NCBI GenBank assembly: GCA_002269645.1
Contig: NIVC01002079.1
Span: 124,001-188,000, forward strand
Length of the DNA stretch: 64,000 nucleotides
Direction: 5' to 3'
Source of the DNA: Macrostomum lignano
Lineage: Eukaryota
Under the pieces are notes generated by a model that was given only the letters and a program-made list of their open reading frames with translations, was not told the origin of the DNA and made no database searches. Every line of letters begins with the position of its first letter. Within the stretch, counting starts at the first letter, position 1. The position numbers were made by a program, and so were the translations under genes. Positions 11,497-24,401 of the stretch are shown one piece after another.

Positions 11497-12073
11497 TCGA
11501 GGACGAGGACGACGCCAGGAGTGGAAGACCTTCAACGAGCAGGACGGAAGAAAATGTGGAGCAAGTGGCGATGTTGCTTCGTAGCGACCATCGGCTGACT
11601 GTTCGCTTGATTGCAGACAAGTTGAGCTTGAATCGTGACAGCGTTCATAAGATTCTGACTGAGAATCTGGTGATGCGCAAGATTTGTGCCAAGATGGTTC
11701 CGAAGTTGCTGAGCGAGGACCAGAAGGAACGACGACTGCAGGTGTGCCAGGACATCCTTGAACGCATTGAAGCTGATCCAAGCTTATTGCACAGAGTGAT
11801 TACCGGTGATGAGTCGTGGATTTTTGAGTACGACCGGGAGACCAAGCGGCAGAGTGGTGAATGGCGGCGACCAGGATCACCAAGACCAGTGAAGGCGCGA
11901 CAATCGAGGTCGAAGGTCAAGCTCATGCTCATCGCATTCTTTGATGTCAGAGGCATTGTGCACATGGCGTCTCAGGGGGGATTACTTTGAAGGGGCCAGC
12001 TTCGGTTCTGAGTGATTTTTATTAATAAATTTTTTATAAGCACAGTCCCGGAACTTTTCTGACACACGATGTA
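11497..12073 (+). mobile_element. Mariner (irritans-like) relic, 5'-truncated and internally deleted
   Basis: DDARSGRP HTH region, KMVPKLL, VITGDESWIFEYD (first catalytic D) and KLMLIAFFDVRGIVH, then a jump to the C-terminal GDYFEG. Ends in TIR-like cagtcccggaacttttctgacacacgatg followed by TA. Confidence 0.9.
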
Positions 12074-12234
12074 ATTGTAGCACTGAGAACTTTCTGATGG
12101 GCTCTGCCGCTTGTTCCGCAGCAACGCTTCTTCTAATGCTTATTTTTTTAAATAGCCTTATAACCCGCATTGCGCTCTAGCTTCTGTGGTGTCTCAGGAG
12201 GCTGCTCAAAACAGCTAGATAAACAACAGATAAA

Positions 12235-12946
12235 TCTGAAAGCAAAACGAGAGCACACCGAACGCGGACAGCAAAGTGCGGTTGAAAAGGAACAGGCAGA
12301 ATTTCGGCCAACTGCAAGTCTGCATATTCGATGTATTTCAGACTGTTTGGAAGGAGTGTGGGGGGGGGAGAGACAGAAATTAGCGATACGGTCTGGCTTA
12401 GAGAAGTACTGATGAGGGGCGCCGGTGCAGGTAGGGAGACGGCAGCTCGCACAGGTGACAACAAATTCATGCGGAACAGACCGGAGCTGCTGCTGTCAAG
12501 CTGGAAACTGTGGAACCGCAATGCAAATCTTAGTTTAGCGCTTGAGTCTGCTGCACGAGCGGGATAAACTACTGACAAAAAGTAGACAGGAAGAACATTG
12601 TGCAAAAATCAACCGGGGAAAGGAGGAGCAGCATGCATGGCCGGGACACTTCATCAGGGAGCGCCGGCCGGCATGCTGGAGAAGCGCAGAGCTCAGATGG
12701 AGAGCGGCGGAGTCTGTGCTGCAGACTCAGTACAGAAAGTGACAGAAAAAAGCACGCTGAAAATGAGACTCCAAAAGGAGGAGGTGCTGCTGCGGTGCGA
12801 GTAACTAAACTGCTTCTACAAAGCTCAACAAAGACTGACGGGATAAAGCTACGGCATAATCTCCGCCTGATGAGCTGGGATTAGCGATTCCACAGCTCAC
12901 GGGCAGGCGGACAAAGCAAAATGCGAAAAAAAACTCACAATAGCCT
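12235..12946 (-). repeat. Second copy of the inverted duplication; lies 3' of the 4E-T stop codon
   Basis: Reverse complement of 1-712. Confidence 0.9.
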
Positions 12947-13459
12947 TAGCGAGAAAGCCTAGCAAAAATAGAGTTGGAACCAAAGCTACTCACAATGCAA
13001 AGTCGCAAGCAAAGCCAGTCGAACAGGCAAAGAAAATCGCTGCGCTAAACGGGCGGAGTCGCCGGCGCGGGCGGAGGGCCAAAATTTACAGGAAAATCAA
13101 ATAGAAAATTAATGATCGAAGCGAAATGAAATTCCAGCGACATCATCGAGTTGCTGGGATAATCTGTCACCAGGAGTGCATTGTAAAACAGGAGAGAACT
13201 AAAATATTGCTCAATGACGAAGAAAATTAAACGCGAGTTCGAATTCCAAAAGCCAATTGGCGCGGACTGCAACTGCAAAAACACCGCAGACAAGAGGGAG
13301 ACAGCAAGACGGCAGCAGGCGAGAAGGCGGGGACAATTCAAGGTCAGTCGGAGAGGAAACTCGGGGTGCTGAAGAGTCGCTAGCAACAATTGTTGGGGCA
13401 TTAACGAGTTCGGCAGTGTCTGTGGGCCGAGTGAGCTCAGCTGAGCAGTGCTCAAGCGG

Positions 13460-13936
13460 TCAAGCGGACGGCATCTCGTCCACCGGCTGCTTGGTCGGAG
13501 GCCGGTGCGGCTGCCCGACCCCGGAGTCAACGGGCGGACTGCGGTGCAGAGACGACCAGCCAGTCGAGGTGTTGGCCGACTTGACGCTGGCGGCGAGCCT
13601 GGTGGCGTTCCACAGCATGGCGCTGAGCTGCGAGTTGTGGGCGCCGCCCCAGCCCTGGAGACCCGCAGCGGCCGCGGAGGTCGAGGTCGCCGCCGACGAA
13701 GTCTTTGGCGGCAGCAGCATCGGCGGCACGATGGGCATCGCGGGCTGGGCGATTGTCTGCTGGCTGGCGGAGCCCGTCGACAAGTTCGCCGAGGCGGCGG
13801 CGGTGGCCGCAGAGGTGGCCGGGCGGCGGAAGGCGGCGTCGGCACCGGCAGCAGTCTCGAGTCCGGCAAAGTCGGCAGCAGCTCCGGCCTGGTTGAAGTG
13901 CTGGTTGAGCAGCCGGGTGCCTTGCAGGGCGTTGTT
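13460..13936 (-). CDS. EIF4ENIF1: 4E-T-like gene, probable last coding exon (low complexity)
   Basis: Acceptor tcgcag|AAC is in phase 0, compatible with the end of exon 2; Ala/Ser/Pro-rich with stop at 13460. Small candidate exons at 15286-15382 and near 15120 may intervene. No conserved motif recognised. Confidence 0.5.
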   Translation of the reverse strand, partial: NNALQGTRLLNQHFNQAGAAADFAGLETAAGADAAFRRPATSAATAAASANLSTGSASQQTIAQPAMPIVPPMLLPPKTSSAATSTSAAAAGLQGWGGAHNSQLSAMLWNATRLAASVKSANTSTGWSSLHRSPPVDSGVGQPHRPPTKQPVDEMPSA

Positions 13937-13974
13937 CTGCGAGATGCGGCAGGGAGGCTGGGTTTCAGTACAGT

Positions 13975-14835
13975 GGCTGTGGGTTTTAATACAGGGGCAG
14001 TGGGTTTGAGTACAGGGGCTGTGGGTTTGAGTACAGGGGCTGTGGGTTTGAGTACAGGGACTGGGGTTTTGAGTACAGGGACTGTGGGTTAGAGTACAGG
14101 GGCTGTGAGTTTGAGTACAGGGGCTGTGGGTTTGAGTACAGGGGCTGTGGGTTTGAGTACAGTGGCTGTGGGTTTGAGTACAGTGGCTGTGGGTTTGAGT
14201 ACAGTGGCTGTGGGTTTGAGTACAGTGGCTGTGGGTTAAAGTACAGGGACTGGAAGTTTGAGTACAGGGACTGGGGTTTTGAGTACAGGAACTGTGGGTT
14301 TGAGTACAGTGGCTGTGGGTTTGAGTACAGGGACTGTGGGTTTGAGTACAGGGACTGTGGGTTTGAGTACAGTGGCTGTGGGTTTGAGTACAGGGACTGT
14401 GGGTTTGAGTACAGGGGCTGTGAGTTTGAGTACAGGGGCTGTGGGTTTGAGTACAGGGACTGTGGGTTTGAGTACAGGGGCTGTGAGTTTGAGTACAGGG
14501 GCTGTGAGTTTGAGTACAAGGACTGTGGGTTTGAGTACAGGGGCTGTGGGTTTGAGTACAGGAACTGTGGGTTTGAGTACAGGGACTGTGGGTTTGAGTA
14601 CAGGGGATGTGGGTTTGAGTACAGGGACTGTGGGTTTGAGTACAGGGGCTGTCGGTTTGAGTACAGGGGCTGTGGGTTTGAGTACAGGGGATGTGGGTTT
14701 GAGTACAGGGGCTGTGGGTTTGAGTACAGGGGCTGTGGGTTTGAGTACAGGGGCTGTGGGTTTGAGTACAGGGGCTGTGGGTTTGAGTACAGGGGCTGTG
14801 AGTTTGAGTACAGTAAAGTAACTGTGGGTTTGAGT
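13975..14835. repeat. 21-bp minisatellite (GGGTTTGAGTACAGGGGCTGT)n, intronic
   Basis: Visible tandem array; it generates the spurious CTQTHSP/GLSTGAV ORFs. Confidence 0.95.
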
Positions 14836-15444
14836 ACACTAACTCTGGGTTTTGGTACAGATACAATGCTAAAGTCGAGACGTGTAATGCAGGCAAGTCA
14901 ACCAGGTGCACAGGAAAGTTCTGTGGTTGGTGCAGCATAAAAAATGATGAAAAAACACAAATTAAAACTACAACCAACGACTTGAATTCTTCTGAATTTA
15001 CTGCATCTCAAGCTTTTTTGTACCCAATTAACAGAAACAGAAAGTTAATGCGAACTCAATTCGAAGGCGGCCAGAAAAAACTGCTGGCTGACATACCATG
15101 GCTCTGTACCAGCGAAATGTCTGCAATGGGTTTAAGAGGAGTGGAAAAAACATTACAGAAGCTGGACAACACGCATCTTTTCCAGATGGTACAGCAGGAG
15201 GCCCAAAATCATTTCCCGCCAGGATTAAAATGGCTGAATTAAAATCCATCGGCAAGCTGCAGCTCTGGTTGCTTGCCGGACTTACTCTGAGCAGGTACGG
15301 ATATGGCGGTCTGTGAAACAGCTGCTGAAATTGCCGAGTGGGGAGCTGATGAAGTGCTGGGTCTCTGATGCAGTGAGGGATTCTGAACTGCGATTTGGGA
15401 TTTCAACAATGGGTGCAAATGGTAGCTAATAAGCTAATGTTAAG

Positions 15445-17165
15445 AACACTGCAAGGCATGGTGCAGACACACTGCAAGGCATGGTGCAGACACTGCAAGG
15501 CATGGTGCAGACACTGCAAGGCATGGTGCAGACACTGCAAGGCATGGTGCAGACACTGCAAGGCATGGTGCAGACACTGCAAGGCATGGTGCAGACACTG
15601 CAAAGCATGGTGCAGACACTGCAAGGCATGGTGCAGACACTGCAAGGCATGGTGCAGACACTGCAAGGCATGGTGCAGACACTGCAAGGCATGGTGCAGA
15701 CACTGCAAGGCATGGTGCAGACACTGCAAGGCATGGTGCAGACACTGCAAGGCATGGTGCAGACACACTCATGCCACAGCAGACACATACGTCACAGCAG
15801 ACACACTCATGTCACAGCGGACACACTTATGTCACAGCAGACACATTTATGTCACAGCAGACACACTCATGTCTCTGCAGACACACTCATGCCACAGTAG
15901 ACATACTCATGTCTCTGCAGACACACTCATGCCACAGCAGACACACTCATGCCACAGCAGACACACTCATGTCACAGTAGACATACTCATGTCACAGCAG
16001 ACACATATGTCACAGCAGACACACTCATGTCTCAGCAGACACACTCATGTCACAGCAGACACATATGTCACAGCAGACACACTCATGTCACAGCAGACAC
16101 ATTTATGTCACAGCAGACACACTCATGTCTCTGCAGACACACTCATGCCACAGCAGACACACTCATGCCACAGCAGACACATATGTCACAGCAGACACAC
16201 TCATGTCACAGCAGACACATTTATGTCACAGCAGACACACTCATGTCACAGCAGACACACTCATGCCACAGCAGACACACTCATGTCACAGCAGACACAC
16301 TCATGTCACAGCAGACACATATGTCACAGCAGACACACTCATGTCTCAGCAGACACACTCATGTCACAGCAGACACATATGTCACAGCAGACACACTCAT
16401 GTCACAGCAGACACATTTATGTCACAGCAGACACACTCATGTCACAGTAGACATACTCATGTCACAGCAGACACACTCATGTAACAGCAGACACATTTAT
16501 GTCACAGCAGACACACTCATGTCACAGCAGACACATTTATGTCACAGCAGACACACTCATGTCACAGCAGACACACTCATGTCACAGCAGACACACTCAT
16601 GTCTCAGCAGACACACTCATGTCACAGCAGACACATATGTCACAGCAGACACACTCATGTCACAGCAGACACATTTATGTCACAGCAGACACACTCATGT
16701 CTCTGCAGACACACTCATGCCACAGCAGACACACTCATGCCACAGCAGACACATATGTCACAGCAGACACACTCATGTCACAGCAGACACATTTATGTCA
16801 CAGCAGACACACTCATGTCACAGCAGACACACTCATGTCACAGCAGACACACTCATGTCACAGCAGACACATTTATGTCACAGCAGACACACTCATGTCA
16901 CAGCAGACACACTCATGTCACAGCAGACACACTCATGCCACAGCAGACACACTCATGTCACAGCAGACACATATGTCACAGCAGACACACTCATGTCTCA
17001 GCAGACACACTCATGTCACAGCAGACACATATGTCACAGCAGACACACTCATGTCACAGCAGACACACTCATGTCACAGCAGACACACTCATGTCACAGC
17101 AGACACACTCATGTCACAGCAGACACACTCATGTCACAGCAGACACACTCATGTCACAGCAAACA
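15445..17165. repeat. Compound minisatellite: 21-bp (GCAGACACTGCAAGGCATGGT)n to about 15765, then 18/20-bp (CACAGCAGACACACTCATGT)n, intronic
   Basis: Visible arrays sharing the GCAGACAC core. Confidence 0.95.
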
Positions 17166-17242
17166 CTAAGAAATGGTGCAAAACACTGAAGTGACAACAA
17201 AAATGACAACATCAGAGAACCAAAATGCAAGAGTGCTCAAAC

Positions 17243-18813
17243 CTGAGGCAGAAGCTTGTTGAGCGTGTGAGCCTTGTTTCCTGGCCCTCCAGAAATCTGG
17301 CTGCTGTGCATCATCTGAGCCTGCATCTGCAGATTGGACAGCAGCATGGCCTGCAGTTGCTGCAGCTGCTGAGCCTGCATGGGCATCGGCAGACGGCGCT
17401 GGGCGGCTGCAGCGGCGGCGGCGGCGGCGGCTGCCTGCGATGAAGCTCCAGAGGAGAACATGGGCTGAGCCGTCGGCGGCTGCTGCTTTTGCGGCTGTGG
17501 TGGGGGCTGCGAACGAGGCGGAAGCGGATGCTGAGCGATGAAGGGGGCAGCTGTGGGCTGAAGTGGCTTTGACTGCGGTGGCTGCTGCGGCGGCTGCGGC
17601 GGCTGCTGCTGTTGTGGCGGCTGCTGATGTTGCGGCGGGGCCTGGCGGCCGCCCGGAAGCAGAGGCGGCACAGAGGCCTGGCGACCTCCGGCAGAACTGG
17701 CAGAAGCAGCGTCATGCATTTGCACCTGCAGGTCGCCAATCAGCTTGTAGATAGCACGGCTGTCCTTGCTGCCTCGGGAGCTGCGGTCCGAGCCGCTGGA
17801 AGCTGCGCCCAGGCTGCTCTCGATTTCTTCGAGCGTCCGCGCCTGCCCGTTCGGCGGCAGAACCGGCATGGCGGAGCCTTCAGAAGATGCAGCGGCGACT
17901 GCGGCGGGCGGCGGTGGTGGCGGAGCGGCCGCCTCAGATCCGAACAGCATCGACTTGAGGTTCGCCTCGACCTCCTGAGCGTGCAGCGGCCTTTGTGGTG
18001 GTGGAGGCGGCGGCGGCTGCGGCGGGCGGAGCAGGTGCATCAGCGACGGTCCAACGTTCGGTGCAGTCTGCGGCTGCTGATTGGTCTCATGTCCGTGCCT
18101 GCCGCGCATGTCCTGGAAGATTCGCTCAAGCTGCTGCTGAGCGCCATCTCGCTGCCCAGCCTCTGCTGCAGGTGGCTGCGGCTGCGGCTGCGACGGCTCG
18201 TCCACTGCCAGCCACTTGGCGAAGCGCGACGAGGAACTGCCGCCGCTCTCGAAGCTGCTGCTGCCTAGACCGAGTCCGTCGAGAGGCTGCTGCTTCTGCT
18301 GCTGCTGCTGCTGGGTGGCCTCCGTCTTCTTGGAGCCGCCGTCGCCCTCGGCCGCCTCCATGTCTTCGGGGAGGCCCGTCAACTCCAGCTTCTCCATCTT
18401 GTCCAGCGGTCCCTCATCGAACCAGGCGGGCAGCTCCTCCTCCTCGGCGGGCCGATGTCGCGGAGGCTGGAAGCCGCCGCGGAGGCCTTGAGGATCGCGT
18501 AGGCCTTGGCTTCGCTCCCACCGGCCGGAGACACCCGGACCTCCTCGGCCGCTGCCAAAGCCGCCTCCGCCGACGCCCCCAGCGGTCGCTGGCCGGTCCG
18601 ACCGGCGAACGAAGCCTCCGGCGGAGCCTCCGCCGCCAAGCCGAGACGGTCCGAAGCCCCTGGCGACGTCGTCCCGCGGCTCCTTCCTGCCGTCCGCCGC
18701 CGGCTCTGCAGACTTGGCCGCCTGCTGGGTCTCCGCTGCGTTGCCAGGCGGCCACCCGCGCTGCCTTTGCGTTGAAGACGCCGCGGGAGACGCCGCCTCC
18801 TCTTTGGTGCGTT
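17243..18813 (-). CDS. EIF4ENIF1: eIF4E transporter (4E-T) exon 2
   Basis: Acceptor ctcgtag| at 18813 is in phase with exon 1. EEEELPAWFDEGPLDKMEKLELTGLPED matches the 4E-T Cup-homology/DDX6-binding motif (EEEPEWFSAGPTSQSETIELTGFDD); also SRFAKWL. Donor CAG|gtttga at 17243. Confidence 0.85.
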
Positions 18814-20045
18814 CTACGAGTTAGACAGGTGGTATTTGAGATTGTTTGAAATTTTATCAAACTTTTTACGACTCGTGGTGCTGTTTTGGCCTCGGGAGAC
18901 ACTATCCCACTAATACTCGTAGGATGCCATAATATTTAACTTCTTATAATACACTTGCTCAACACGCATCCGATTACTTTCGCGTGCACTGCATCATTAG
19001 GAAGCTAAACCATGCATAACCAAGTAAATTATATCATTTTTTGGATCTACATGTACATGTGGGCTCGTGAAAAATAGAAAACGAAGGCTGTCGTGCATGG
19101 TCAGGGTAACACAAAGTGTATATGGCCATAAACAAAGCTTTGAAAGCTTTGGCTGCTGAGCGATAAAACTGTCTATGGCATGTAGTTCTGCCTTCGACTT
19201 TGGCTTCCCGTCATCAGTCATCTAAAAACACTTCCGGGCCATAGACAGTTTTAATCACGGGCCTCATTTGCTATTCAGTCTCTTCAAGTTGGTCTAAACA
19301 CGAAGTCCAGTTATTTCGTTTGCACTCCATATGTATTGTTTGCATTTTTGCGTGTTAAAAACCACCCGCAGTTTTTCTTTCTTAATTTTTGTGATTTGTA
19401 CTTTGCTCAATTTATCTATTAGTAGTCATCAGCTGACCTAAACCCTAGCCTAGCTATCGCACTATCTATAAGCAACAGCATTACCCTTTTGTACCCTCCA
19501 AGTCGCATGGTGGTATGAGTCAGCATGTCACATGACTGGTGCCAAAGGGCAGTCTGATTGGCCCAGCCAACATAATAAATTAGCGATGGAAAAATCAATA
19601 TCGGACTCACCCTCTGCCAACTATTATTAACCAAACGGGGTGTACACTAAGTCCAAAAAAATGTCAGAACGGCCGCCGACCACCCCACTTCTCGATTTGC
19701 AATTAACTAGTTGAATTAATTTCACAACGCCTAGTAGCTTATAATTTATATGTCTTAAATCGTTGTCACACAAACAACACTGCACGTAATAATGCATGAA
19801 TGTGGAGTGCAAGCATTAGAATGGTCACTTCAACCAAGAAAAACAAAATAACTCACTTCTTCGTCTCGATGACCTTCCAAACGACTGGCTGTCTTCGGCG
19901 CTGGGCCCGCTGCTGTAAGATGGCTGCACCATGGCGGCACCACGAACTGAAATTTCAGTTTGGTGCGATGATGATCAGCGAGTTGCAGCATCAACATAGT
20001 ATTAATTATCAGGCAAGATGGAAGGAAAATGGCACAAAGTCTCAC

Positions 20046-20430
20046 CGTTCCTGACTCGCTCAATCTTCGTCTTGCCATCGAAGGCGCTCTTCCGCTCTCC
20101 TTCGAAGAGTTTCACCGGGTCCCACAGACCTCCGTCGCCCACGTACGCTCTGTTCAGAGCCCTGGGCCAGGCTGATGACAGGCGGGAGTCGCGCATCTGC
20201 AGGAGCGTGTCCCGGTTGTAGCGGATCAGCTGTCGCTGCTGCTGTCTCTGACCAGCTTCGTGCTGGTGACGCTTGCTCCCAGCACGGGGACCGCGAGGCT
20301 TCTTGCCTTGGCTTGTCTTGTCCTCCGTCTTGGCGCAGTTGTTGCTACCCGAGGCTGCGCTGGACAGCGAGGGCTGCGTGCTGTTGCTGCTGCTTGCATC
20401 CTTCTGCTGCTGATTGTTAGTGCTGCTCAT
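20046..20430 (-). CDS. EIF4ENIF1: eIF4E transporter (4E-T) exon 1
   Basis: RYNRDTLLQMRDSRLSSAWPRALNRAYVGDGGLWDPVKL contains the canonical YxxxxL-hydrophobic eIF4E-binding motif and the downstream GxWDP motif of 4E-T. Donor G|gtgag. Confidence 0.85.
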
Positions 20431-21880
20431 TCTGAACGGTTATATGATGGTTTAGATGTTGGACGGACAGAGAATATGTTTACAAAAATGAAAATACTAG
20501 TTAAGTTAATTGCTCTCGCGCGTTTGTCTAGAAATAGGATTGAACTTAAATATTTTAAGAGTTTCTATGAGATTCTGAGTATCGAAGAGTTCTCCATATA
20601 CTTAGCCAGTAAACGCTACAGCGCAATGTCTCCAAGATTCTTCAGAGGTGTTGAAGGTATGGATGAAGTGCTAAATTATCAAGAGATTAAATTAGAAACA
20701 ATAAGATGCATTTTGAAAACCCATGTCGAACATTTTAAATGGAGAATACTTCCAGCACCCGAATATCGTCATCGGTAGTCCATCAGTAGTGTGGACTATA
20801 CTAATAAGCAGTCGAAACATGGTTTTGTTTAATTCTATTGATTACAAAAAGAAACTGTTCCCGTGCTATGAACTAGTAAAAATTGAATGAGTAGACAAAT
20901 GCAACACAAAAATCAATTACCTTGATGGCTTTAAGACTTGAACTCCCTGGAAGAAATAAAAGGCCCATAAGTTCTAACTGATGCACGAAGCTAAGAATTA
21001 ATTTTAAAAGGATATTTTATATGTACAGTGAAAATTAAGTGCAAAGAAAATTTTTCTGCTTTATTATAAAGTAGTTCTGATCATAAAACACTAGTTTTTT
21101 TACTAATAATTGGGAATAAAAATAGTTTTAACAGAAAGCTGTGTTTCACTTGTTAAACACCGTAAAATAATAGACTAAAGAATCCCAGAAGCAGTTTATG
21201 CTGTTTAAATGTGATTAAATTTGTAAAAACGAATGCTGCATGCAAACTCTGCTAAAGTACTTTTTAGTTGTTTTATTTGTTGTTATGTCTCTAGAGTTAC
21301 CTAAATGATGGAAAAAGCTTATAAGCGCGAAGTCTATTTCTGTTTTTTATTATCAACGTTTTTTATATATTTGTTTCGAAAATTGTAATTCGTAGAAATA
21401 GGCGGAATTCAATGAAGAAAAGCGCAATGTTAGCATAGCTTGATAGCTTGCCTTGCCCCTGAGTCAATTTAATATTATTTTATTTATTTACATTTGCAGG
21501 CTACTATTTAATTATTTGTAGGTCTTATTTTATGCATAAATTAACGTAAATCATAAGCCTGGTAGTCTATTAGTTTAATATGCATCGTGATCGTGTATGA
21601 CAATAATATTAGGCTACTTCTGTCACATGTGATGATCATGTGTAGATGTGCTAATTCAATGCATTTATTTCTTTCTTATTAGGCCTAACAATAACATTGA
21701 CAAAGCAAAATATGATATATATATATAAAACTTAAAAGTTGAAACATCTAGGCCTAAGGCTGAGTCTTTAGGCTAATCCTTTTTATTTTATCAATTAAGA
21801 CCTATGGGCTATGACATTAACTGTCATTCAAAATTACAAAACTGAATTCATAATATTGTTATGTATATAAGTAGAAAGTG

Positions 21881-22535
21881 CTTATCCCCATAGTCCCTTG
21901 CCAATAATTCCAATTTTATCCACACAGATCCATGCCAATAATTTCCAGCTTATCCCCACAATAGCTTATTGAAATATAGCTGCTACCATTCAAGTCTATA
22001 TAGGCCATGTCAATAATTCCAAGTTTATCCACACAGATCCATGTCAATAATTTTTAGCTTATCCCCATGGCTAAGATTGTGCAGTTGTTTGTGTTTAGTT
22101 TTGTGTACTGATTTTAAAGTAATATTGTCATTATTATTAATATTATCATTACTATTAGTATTATATTTTGAATTTTAAATTTTGCAAGTCTTGTTTGCCT
22201 CAATCTTTGGGTCGTTTGATCGTTCTAAGCAAAGCTGGCAGCTAAGCAAATATTTTAAATTAACCCTTTTAATGATGAAAAAGTTTTAACAAAGTAGTCA
22301 ATATTATTTAGAATTAATTACATGTAGTTTGTAGTTTATTTTAAAGTTTTGTAAAACAGTGAAAACAAAAAGATGGTTTTTGAACAGATTCATTTTAAGG
22401 TTCTTTATTCTAATAAGCAGCTCTACTATGGGGATAAGCTAGAAATTATCGATATGGATCTGTATGGATAAAATTGGAATTATTGACATGGCCTATAGAC
22501 TTGAATAGTGGCAGTTATTTCAATAAGCTGCCATG
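21881..22535. repeat. Decayed inverted-repeat element (arms about 21963-22068 and 22426-22530, extra partial copy at 21881-21960)
   Basis: Arms align as reverse complements over about 100 nt with 9 substitutions and two 2-bp indels. Confidence 0.75.
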
Positions 22536-24401
22536 GAGATTAGCTGGCAATTTAAATTAACTTTTAATAATAAAAAAAGCAATAGTTAGTATACCATGCT
22601 ATGCTATAATCATTGTACAATGATTCTCTAGGGACACTAAAACTAGATAGCTAGAAACAATGATAAAGGAGGTCCCTATCTTGTTTCTAACATTCTAGGG
22701 TCTCTGTATTGATACTAATAGAAAAGTATTAGATTAGACTATTGACTGACAATTTGTCTTTGACTTTGGGTCATATTAGTATATCTAAGTCTTTTTGCCT
22801 CCAACAATGTCAACTAGTTTCCTTGATGTTTTCTTTACAATTTTTTAGCATTTTTTTATACTAGTCTATCTTAACCAATCTTTGCTCATGTGATCGCAAA
22901 TATAGTACTTATTGAGTATATAGATTCCAAAGACTTAGATAGGCCCTATTGCAATCTACAACCCCAAAGATTCTAGGTCCCAGGCAGTCTAGTACTACAT
23001 GCATAGCATGCATCAAGGAGTTAGAAAAGTTTTTTGGCAATCTTTGCACAGCAATAATATGGCATATAAAAAGTAAAAAAATGCATAGCACCATAGTTAA
23101 AGCTATATAATAGCTGAACCACAGAAATTTTTAGTCCTTTTATAAAAATATATATGATACTTGTCACTTTTGAAGTGAGTATTATATATTATGGTAAGAA
23201 AAATATAGAAAAAGAAAAAAAGCAAAAAAATATATTTAGGTTGCAACAAAAGAAGCATTTCTAAAAGCATTGTATATTTGCAGTCTCAAAAAATAAAAAA
23301 ATTGTTACAATGCAAAAAGGTCCTTTATTGTTGCAACACAAAAAAGTCCTTTATTCCTTTGTTGTCACAATGCCCCAACTTGCAACCCTCATTTTAGTCC
23401 ATCAATACACTTAGTGGATTTGATCCCACCCTCCCATATACAATGTGCAAAGCAAAAAGTTATTGTATGCACAGTGCATAGGGTTACAATTGTTATACAT
23501 AGTTAATTAAGATAGAAACTCATTGGGAAAGGGTGTTGCAAGCTGAGAAAAAATTTTGCTAGTTTTAGGTTGCACTTGAAATCAGGTAGTGAATAATTAT
23601 AAGAAAATTGCAATTTTTAAGCCTCATGACTTTTAGCATAGGGTTTGTGCTAATTAGACTCTAAATTAGAGTTGGCTAAGTAGATAGCAACAAGACTTAA
23701 CATGTATTTCTGATAATAATTTAGTTTATAGGTTAAAGTTGATAAACAAAAAGTTTTATTTAGATTTCTTTTCTATTCTTAAGACTTTTATGGCATTTAT
23801 AAGTCGTATGCTTTGTTACCCTTTTATATTTTGATAAATTTAGTAAATTTCATTAGACTAATCTAAATATTTGCTAGGCATATAGATATTTATAATATAG
23901 TTAGCATTTAATATGCATATAATATACTATGCATATAAGACTTTTGGTTTATGTATTGCATAGGGATAGTTAGATTATATTTGCAATATATGAATCAATA
24001 GACCAAATTGATAGGCAGGTCTAGTGGATAAAATTGGAAAGAATCATATAATTTCAATATTAGTTTTTTATTATATATTTGCAATTGATAGATCATATTA
24101 TTATCATTGTCATCAAAACTTACTGAACTAAGCAAGTTTTAAAAATTCCTATATAGTACTATGGCATTAGTAGTAATATATGAGTATATAGTTACATGCC
24201 AAAAAATCTAGGTCTGATCTTTAAATCTTCCTAGATAAAATTAAACAAGTCTAATTATAATTATATACAAATTCAATCAAAGCTATATTGATTAGCTATA
24301 TTGCTTATTTAAATATATATAACAATTTTTCTTAAATTTCAAGTCAACATATATATCTTATAATGTAATATATTTTTTCTTTTGTATAGAGTCTATATTT
24401 T

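Noticed and set aside
17563-18849. Long antisense or alternate-frame ORFs over GC-rich exons (also at VWA5A, PTP, CBR, AF10, ZMYND8, JPH)
   Set aside because: Expected shadow ORFs of GC-rich coding sequence; no independent motifs.
21915-22035. TTATCCACA (bacterial DnaA-box consensus) twice in an AT-rich region, suggesting an oriC
   Set aside because: Part of a local repeated unit whose third copy reads TTATCCATA; the context is animal genes and there are no bacterial genes nearby.
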